A stretch of 64,000 nucleotides of DNA from an uncultured Poribacteria bacterium. GTDB lineage: Bacteria; Poribacteria; WGA-4E; WGA-3G. The stretch covers positions 4,958,329-5,022,328 of the forward strand of contig OY282383.1 of the NCBI GenBank assembly GCA_958295855.1, in the 5' to 3' direction. This document shows positions 58,201-64,000 of the stretch, in pieces. Numbering within the stretch: the stretch's first letter is position 1; each line of letters begins with the position of its first letter. The notes beneath the pieces are model-generated. The model was not told the origin of the DNA, searched no databases, and saw only the letters and a program-made list of their open reading frames with translations. The position numbers were made by a program, and so were the translations under genes.

Positions 58201-59306
58201 TATGCTTGTAGATTTGAAAACCCAAGTTGAATTGATGAACACCCGACTGCTTGAACTCGGAGGGTATCTTTGACCTGGCTAAAAAACGAAAAGAATTAAC
58301 TGAACTTGAAAAGCAAACTATCGTACCAGGTTTTTGGAGCAATCCGCAACGTGTCCAAGAAGTCAATAGGCGCATCGCTGTTCTCCGAGATGAGATAAGT
58401 ACTTATGAAAAGTTGAGCCTAAAAATTGAAGACATCCAGACTTTGGTCGCGCTTGCCACCGAAGAAAACGATGAGAGTCTACACCCCGAAATCGCAAGTG
58501 ACTTAGAGAGCGTCGCCACTCACCTTCAACAGATGGAACTTAGGTTAATGTTGACTGGCGAGTTTGATGAGAATAACGCAATTCTCAGTATTCACGCTGG
58601 TGCGGGGGGCATCGATGCTCAAGATTGGGCAGAGATGTTGATGCGGATGTACCTCCGCTGGTGCGCCCTACGTGGCTATCAAACCGAAATTGTAGACTTA
58701 GCAGCGAGTGAGGAAGCCGGGATTAAAGGCACAACGATTCTCGTTACGGGTGCCTCGGCTTACGGGTACCTACAGGCTGAAGCCGGTGTCCACAGGCTTG
58801 TTCGGTTGTCACCGTACGATTTTAACAATCGCCGGCATACCTCCTTTGCCGCGGTTGACGTTACCCCTGAAATCGATGAGACGGTGGCGGTCGATGTCCG
58901 AACGGATGACCTCCGCATAGATTGCTACCGTGCAAGCGGCGCGGGAGGACAGCACGTCAACGTCACGGACTCCGCTGTCCGGATTACGCATAAGCCGACA
59001 GGGATTATAGTGCAGTGCCAGAATGAACGCTCACAGCATAAGAACCGAGAAATCGCGATGAAACTTCTGCGCTCGCGACTCTATGAACGGCACCTCGCTG
59101 AACGGGAAGCTGAACTTGCCAAAGAGCGAAGCGAACGCCCTGAGATTAACTTTGGTAGCCAAATCAGGTCGTATGTCTTGCATCCATACCAACGCGTCAA
59201 GGATTTGCGAACAAACGTCGAAACCGGCAACGTCGACGCGGTGTTGGATGGTGCATTGGATTCGTTCATTGAGAGCTACTTGAAAATGAAGGCGCAACAG
59301 AAATAG
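58201..59306 (+). CDS. prfB: peptide chain release factor 2 with programmed +1 frameshift
   Basis: Frame-0 ATG…GGAGGG TAT CTT TGA C (SD-like + CUU UGA C shifty site at about 58258-58274). Downstream frame has SPYDF and GAGGQHVN (GGQ) motifs. Coordinates ±1. Confidence 0.9.
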
Positions 59307-59317
59307 TTTTGTGATGG

Positions 59318-59352
59318 CGCGCTTTGTCAGCGCGCCTACTTATAAATTTTTA
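59318..59352 (+). terminator. rho-independent terminator candidate after prfB
   Basis: ggcgcgc-tttgtca-gcgcgcc hairpin followed by an A/T-rich tract. Confidence 0.45.
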
Positions 59353-59495
59353 GTTGCTTTATCACAGCAGTTGCGTTATAATTATAAAGTGGACCGGCAT
59401 GGATGCCAGGCTCTACACCATGGAAATGGTGAGGCGTAGGTAGGCAGGGAACCCGTTCTTAAAAAAAAAGACAAAATGAAAAGGAGGGAGAATCG

Positions 59496-60968
59496 ATGGA
59501 AGAAACAAAGGATTTAATTCAGCAACGTCGCGACAAATTGGACGAAATTCGCAAATTCGGTGTAGAACCCTACCCACACAAATACGAACCAACACACACG
59601 AGTTCTGCAATTCACCAGGATTTTGGCGAAATTCAAGAAACCCCCGACGACACTCAGCCGATTCGAGTCGCAGGCCGTATCATGACAAAGCGCGACCACG
59701 GCAAAAGCAGTTTCGCACATTTACAGGATGGCGAAGGCAGAATTCAGATTTACGTCCGTCGAGACAAAGTCGGCGCAGAACCCTATAAAATATATCGCCG
59801 CTTCGATAGTGGAGACATTATCGGAGTCGAGGGAGTGGTCTTCCGAACTCGCACAGGAGAACTCACCGTTCTCGCGAGTGCCATACAGCTCCTTTCTAAG
59901 TCTATCCGGCCCCTCCCCGAAAAATGGCACGGCTTACAAGATAAACAGACGCGCTATAGGCAACGTTACGCCGACCTCATCATGAATCCTGAGGTGAAGG
60001 ACGTTTTTCTCAAGCGCACACAAATTGTCCAAGCGATTCGCGACATGCTCAACAGCCAAGGTTTTATTGAAGTAGAAACGCCGGTGCTTCAACCAATCTA
60101 TGGTGGTGCAAACGCGCGCCCGTTCACAACGTATCACAATACCTTGGAGCAACCGCTCTATCTGCGCATCGCTAATGAACTCTATCTCAAGCGACTGATA
60201 GTCGGAGGGTTTGAGCGCGTTTATGAATTCTCGCGCGACTTCCGAAATGAAGGCATGGACCGGGATCACAATCCCGAATTTACGATGCTTGAACTTTATC
60301 AAGCTTATGCAGATTATCACCAGATAATGGCGTTAACCGAAACGCTGATTGCGGATACATCCGAAATCATTCACGGGACAACAAAGATTCACTATCAGGA
60401 GCATGACATTGATTTCACACCACCGTGGCGCAGAGTGAGCATGGTTGATGCAGTTCGAGAGTACAGCGGCATTGACCCGGGCCCGCTATCCCCGGATGAA
60501 CTGTACACAGCGGCAGTCAACGTGGGCGTTGAACTGGTAGGCGATGAAACGAAGGGCAAGGTTATCGCCGAGCTTTTTGACGCATTTGTGGAGCCGAAAC
60601 TCATTCAGCCCACATTTATAATGGATCACCCCATTGAGGTCTCGCCGTTTGCCAAAAAGAAGCCTGAAAATCCGGAGTTCGTTGAACGCTTTGAATTTTT
60701 TATTTCCGGGATGGAAGTTGGAAACGCTTTTAGTGAACTCAACGACCCGGTCGATCAGCGCCAGCGTTTTCTCGAGCAAGCAAACAGTTTAGCGGCTGGC
60801 GATGATGAAGCCTTCATGATGGACGAAGATTACCTGCGCGCCCTGGAATACGGCATGCCACCGACGGGCGGACTCGGCATCGGCATAGACAGGCTTACGA
60901 TGTTGTTGACGAACCAATACTCCATCCGGGACGTAATCCTGTTTCCGCAGATGCGCCCGGAAAACTAA
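59496..60968 (+). CDS. lysS: lysine--tRNA ligase (class II)
   Basis: Full-length match to LysS (OB-fold N-domain, motif 2/3, GGLGIGIDRL). Classic prfB-lysS linkage. aaggaggg SD. Confidence 0.95.
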   Translation: MEETKDLIQQRRDKLDEIRKFGVEPYPHKYEPTHTSSAIHQDFGEIQETPDDTQPIRVAGRIMTKRDHGKSSFAHLQDGEGRIQIYVRRDKVGAEPYKIYRRFDSGDIIGVEGVVFRTRTGELTVLASAIQLLSKSIRPLPEKWHGLQDKQTRYRQRYADLIMNPEVKDVFLKRTQIVQAIRDMLNSQGFIEVETPVLQPIYGGANARPFTTYHNTLEQPLYLRIANELYLKRLIVGGFERVYEFSRDFRNEGMDRDHNPEFTMLELYQAYADYHQIMALTETLIADTSEIIHGTTKIHYQEHDIDFTPPWRRVSMVDAVREYSGIDPGPLSPDELYTAAVNVGVELVGDETKGKVIAELFDAFVEPKLIQPTFIMDHPIEVSPFAKKKPENPEFVERFEFFISGMEVGNAFSELNDPVDQRQRFLEQANSLAAGDDEAFMMDEDYLRALEYGMPPTGGLGIGIDRLTMLLTNQYSIRDVILFPQMRPEN

Positions 60969-60969
60969 C

Positions 60970-61533
60970 ATGAAAACCGCGCCCACACTTCACACAGAAA
61001 GGTTGATACTTCGTTCGCTTACCCTTGAAGATGCCGCGGATATACAACACCTTGCTGGCGAATACGATGTCGCATCAACATTATCTAATATGCCACACCC
61101 TTATGGAGATGGGATGGCTGAGGAATGGATTCACTCCTGTTACAACAAGTATAAAAAAGACAAAGCACTAAACTTCGCAGTTACGCTTAGAACAGACAGG
61201 CACTTAATTGGCGGGATAGAGCTGAGACTCGACCGCGGGAATGAGAATGGCGAACTCGGCTATTGGATTGGGAAACCTTACTGGAACCGTGGGTATTGCA
61301 CTGAGGCAGCAAGAATTGTTGTTGCATATAGCTTTGAAGTCTTGATGTTGAACCGAATTTATGCTCAATATTTCAAACGCAATGCGGCCTCCGGACGTGT
61401 TCTGGAAAAAATCGGGATGTGCTACGAAGGATGTCTCCGACAACATACAAAAAAATGGGATAACTTTGAGGATTTAATGAGATACGGGATGCTAAAAACG
61501 GATTTCAATTCACTAGCTCCTATCTCATCTTAA
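60970..61533 (+). CDS. GNAT family N-acetyltransferase (RimJ/RimL-like)
   Basis: TERLILRSLTLEDAAD…, acetyl-CoA region IGGIELR…GYWIGKPYWNRGYCTEA. Start overlaps lysS stop. Confidence 0.75.
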   Translation: MKTAPTLHTERLILRSLTLEDAADIQHLAGEYDVASTLSNMPHPYGDGMAEEWIHSCYNKYKKDKALNFAVTLRTDRHLIGGIELRLDRGNENGELGYWIGKPYWNRGYCTEAARIVVAYSFEVLMLNRIYAQYFKRNAASGRVLEKIGMCYEGCLRQHTKKWDNFEDLMRYGMLKTDFNSLAPISS

Positions 61534-61540
61534 GATATAT

Positions 61541-63001
61541 ATGAGATTTGAATGGTTCGTAGCCTCCCGCTACCTGCGTTCACGGCGAAAACAGTCCTTT
61601 ATCTCAATTATTAGCATCATCTCCATTGGCGGCGTTGCCCTCGGTGTGGCTACCGTCATTCTTGTGATTGCTGTTTTAAACGGCGTTGAACATGGGCTAA
61701 AGGATCGGTTTCTCGCCAATGAGGCACATGTAGTCCTGCGCCTGTTCGGTAATGATTTTTTTAGTAATTATCAAGAACGGGTTGCGCAGATTGAAGGCAT
61801 GGAGGAGGTAGTTGCCGCGTCGCCTGTCATTTTATCGCAAGTCGCCGTTTTTCCAGAACATAGCGAAACGATTCAGGATGTAATTTATATAAAGGGCATT
61901 GAGCCGAAGCAGGAAGACGCGGTGACCGGCTTCTCACAATTTGTGAACGGTTCGGTTGACTTTAAAAACTCGCCCTTGATAAAAGAAGCGGCGTTTCTGA
62001 GGGATGAGACTATCACCGGTGGCATTATTCTCGGTGCGCGCTTGGCAACCCGCCTCGGCATCGCTAAAGGCGATGTGTTACGGTTTGTCGTTAAACTCGT
62101 AAAACACCCGATAGACGAAGCAAGGCTCCTACCGGACCTGGCGAACTTCGTCGTGCTCGGGTTGTATGAATCTGAAATGGCGGTATATGATAACAACTTC
62201 GGGTTTATTCATATAGATGCCGCCCAAGCCTTGTATAAGAAAGCAAACCGTGTGAATACCATCTTCGTCCGCCTAAAGGAGGCAGAATTGGCATCTCAGG
62301 TTGCTGCACGTATTGAAGAAACAGTTCAATTTACTGTGTTAGAAGGAATGCCGACAACTACAACGTGGATGGAGACGCATGCACCGCTTTTCTCAGCTCT
62401 TCGATTGGAAAAGATTGCAACAGTCCTCATTGAAGCACTCATCATCTTAGTTGCTGCGTTTAACATTGCCAGCACGCTGATTATGACAGTGATGGAAAAG
62501 ACTAAAGATGTTGGTACCCTGCGGACACTCGGTGCTTCACGAGGAAACATTATGAGCATCTTCATGATTCAGGGAGGGGTAATCGGGATGCTGGGTATGA
62601 CGCTGGGCACCACTTTAGGCATTGTGCTTTGTTGGCTACTTGCTTCCAATACCGTACGGCCCTCCTACTGGTTCGCCTTTGTGCTTGTTGTGCCAATTCT
62701 CCTACAGGTGGTGATTGCGTTACGACGGACGTTGTCGCTGCGCGGCAGTTTGAAATTTGGACTGGGGCTCTTATGGCTCGTTGGCATAGCGTTCACGCTT
62801 TACTGTGCAGTCCGGCCGATTTCGCTTGTGGAGCTCGGCCTTAGCCACATCTACCAGATGAATCAATTGCCGATAAAGGTGAGTTGGTTCTTTGTTATCT
62901 TCATCAACGTGCTGTCCTTTCTGATTTGCTGGCTTGCGACGCTATACCCGGCATGGCAAGCGGCAAATTTGAAGCCCGTTGAAGCTTTGCAGCATGAATA
63001 A
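61541..63001 (+). CDS. lolE: lipoprotein-releasing system permease (LolC/E family, FtsX domain) with extra hydrophobic insertion
   Basis: N-terminus FEWFVASRYLRSRRKQSFISIISIISIGGVALGVATVIL. C-terminal FtsX. 486 aa, so about 70 aa longer than typical LolC/E. Confidence 0.7.
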   Translation: MRFEWFVASRYLRSRRKQSFISIISIISIGGVALGVATVILVIAVLNGVEHGLKDRFLANEAHVVLRLFGNDFFSNYQERVAQIEGMEEVVAASPVILSQVAVFPEHSETIQDVIYIKGIEPKQEDAVTGFSQFVNGSVDFKNSPLIKEAAFLRDETITGGIILGARLATRLGIAKGDVLRFVVKLVKHPIDEARLLPDLANFVVLGLYESEMAVYDNNFGFIHIDAAQALYKKANRVNTIFVRLKEAELASQVAARIEETVQFTVLEGMPTTTTWMETHAPLFSALRLEKIATVLIEALIILVAAFNIASTLIMTVMEKTKDVGTLRTLGASRGNIMSIFMIQGGVIGMLGMTLGTTLGIVLCWLLASNTVRPSYWFAFVLVVPILLQVVIALRRTLSLRGSLKFGLGLLWLVGIAFTLYCAVRPISLVELGLSHIYQMNQLPIKVSWFFVIFINVLSFLICWLATLYPAWQAANLKPVEALQHE

Positions 63002-63004
63002 TTT

Positions 63005-63095
63005 TAGATTTTTTGTCATTCCTTGCGGAGTAATCAGAATGCAAGACAGGTCTAACAATACACTATAGATCTCGTCAGAGGTTTCTGATGCAAGT
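63005..63095. repeat. MITE family A copy between lolE-like and lolD-like genes
   Basis: ttgtcattccttgcggagtaatcagaatgcaag…atctcgtcagaggtttctgatgcaagtt. Confidence 0.8.
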
Positions 63096-63174
63096 TTTTT
63101 AATCCTTAATTAGCAGGGAACACACTACAAACTTGACGAAAAACTGATTTTGACACTGGTATGTTTCCCCTGCT

Positions 63175-63897
63175 TTGCAGGGGTTAATACCCCCTGGAAA
63201 AATCGGAGCAGAAACCCAATTGACGAAAAACGCACTCATCCGCATTGTAGATTTACAAAAATCCTATTATGATGGCGAGACAGAACTGCCGGTCCTTCAA
63301 GGGGTTAATCTGGAGGTGTACGCGTCGGAAGTACTAGCAGTTGTCGGGGCCTCAGGGGTTGGTAAGAGCACGCTGCTCCATATTATCGGGACACTTGACC
63401 GGCCGACAGCAGGGCGCGTTTTTTACGAAGAACACAACGTTTTTGATTTGCCCGATAGAGATGTCGCCCGGTTTCGGAATGAGCGCATCGGCTTTGTTTT
63501 TCAATTTCATCACCTGTTACCGGAGTTTACCGCGCTTGAAAATGTTGCAATGGGCGCGTTAATCACATCGCCAAACAGCGGGGCCGTTTATGAGAAGGCG
63601 CGCGAATTGCTTGACTATGTGCAGCTGTCCGAACGACTTGAGCATTATCCAAGCCAGTTATCGGGTGGGGAACGGCAACGCGTCGCAATCGCACGTGCAT
63701 TAATTAATCAGCCCAAAGTTGTCTTGGCTGATGAACCCACAGGTAACCTTGACCGGCGAAGTAGCGATTCGGTCCTAGAACTTTTGTGGAATTTGAATGT
63801 CAAATCCGGGCAAACCTTTATTATTGTAACCCACAATCAGGAACTCGCCCAGCGAGCTGACCGGGTTGTACATCTCGTTGATGGAAAAGTTGTTTGA
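63175..63897 (+). CDS. lolD: lipoprotein-releasing system ATP-binding protein (ABC ATPase)
   Basis: Walker A GASGVGKST, LSGGERQRVAIARAL, Walker B VLADEPTGNLD. The 5' end of the ORF is a family-B hairpin, so the true start is probably downstream. Confidence 0.85.
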   Translation: MQGLIPPGKIGAETQLTKNALIRIVDLQKSYYDGETELPVLQGVNLEVYASEVLAVVGASGVGKSTLLHIIGTLDRPTAGRVFYEEHNVFDLPDRDVARFRNERIGFVFQFHHLLPEFTALENVAMGALITSPNSGAVYEKARELLDYVQLSERLEHYPSQLSGGERQRVAIARALINQPKVVLADEPTGNLDRRSSDSVLELLWNLNVKSGQTFIIVTHNQELAQRADRVVHLVDGKVV

Positions 63898-64000
63898 TCT
63901 TTTCGTCATTCCTTGCGGAGTAATCAGCAAATGTAAGAAATAAAAAAGTTGTTCATTGGCCATTCACAACTTGGTATGAAACCCCTGCAAAGCAGGGGCA

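Noticed and set aside
63175-63240. Start of lolD-like ORF at 63175
   Set aside because: The first codons are the family-B hairpin itself (cccctgctttgcagggg). The real initiation codon is probably downstream, possibly non-ATG. The gene call is kept but its start is uncertain.

Overview
This window is a bacterial chromosomal segment, probably from a diderm organism given the LolCDE, Lnt, OMP and T9SS-type signals. It carries about 40 protein genes, and I found no tRNA or rRNA genes.

Housekeeping genes are readable with reasonable confidence:
- purC, disA, ppiB-like, a KamA/EpmB-like radical SAM enzyme, groEL and rqcH.
- prfB with its programmed +1 frameshift, followed by lysS, a GNAT acetyltransferase, lnt and lolE/lolD.
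- A CoA-transferase and a Gfo/Idh/MocA oxidoreductase.

Accessory content:
- A candidate defence island at 26.6-31.5 kb. It holds a Uma2 endonuclease, an unknown 269-aa protein, a DUF4062+AlbA_2/Schlafen-like+HATPase_c_4+wHTH protein and an OLD-family-like ABC-ATPase/Toprim protein.
- A DUF1156-type DNA methyltransferase next to a PD-(D/E)xK+HTH nuclease at 43.5-47.6 kb.
- A TnpB pseudogene flanked by related hairpins.
- A bacterial animal-heme peroxidase.
- A WD40/dockerin-like/T9SS-tail protein.
- A DUF4175-like/DUF4159/BatA-vWA membrane trio.

The most unusual property is the density of small palindromic repeats. There are at least six families.
- Some form long tandem arrays: an 86-bp x7 array at 5.4-5.9 kb and composite arrays at 25.6-26.5 and 57.0-58.1 kb. 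These superficially resemble CRISPR arrays but have invariant spacers.
- Several copies sit inside open reading frames as exact in-frame 36-nt insertions. They add peptides such as LYSPLQSRGNIL and FTTIENSGKPLL.

All calls are based on my reading of motifs in the supplied translations. No database search was run. The sequence numbering shows ±1 offsets in places.
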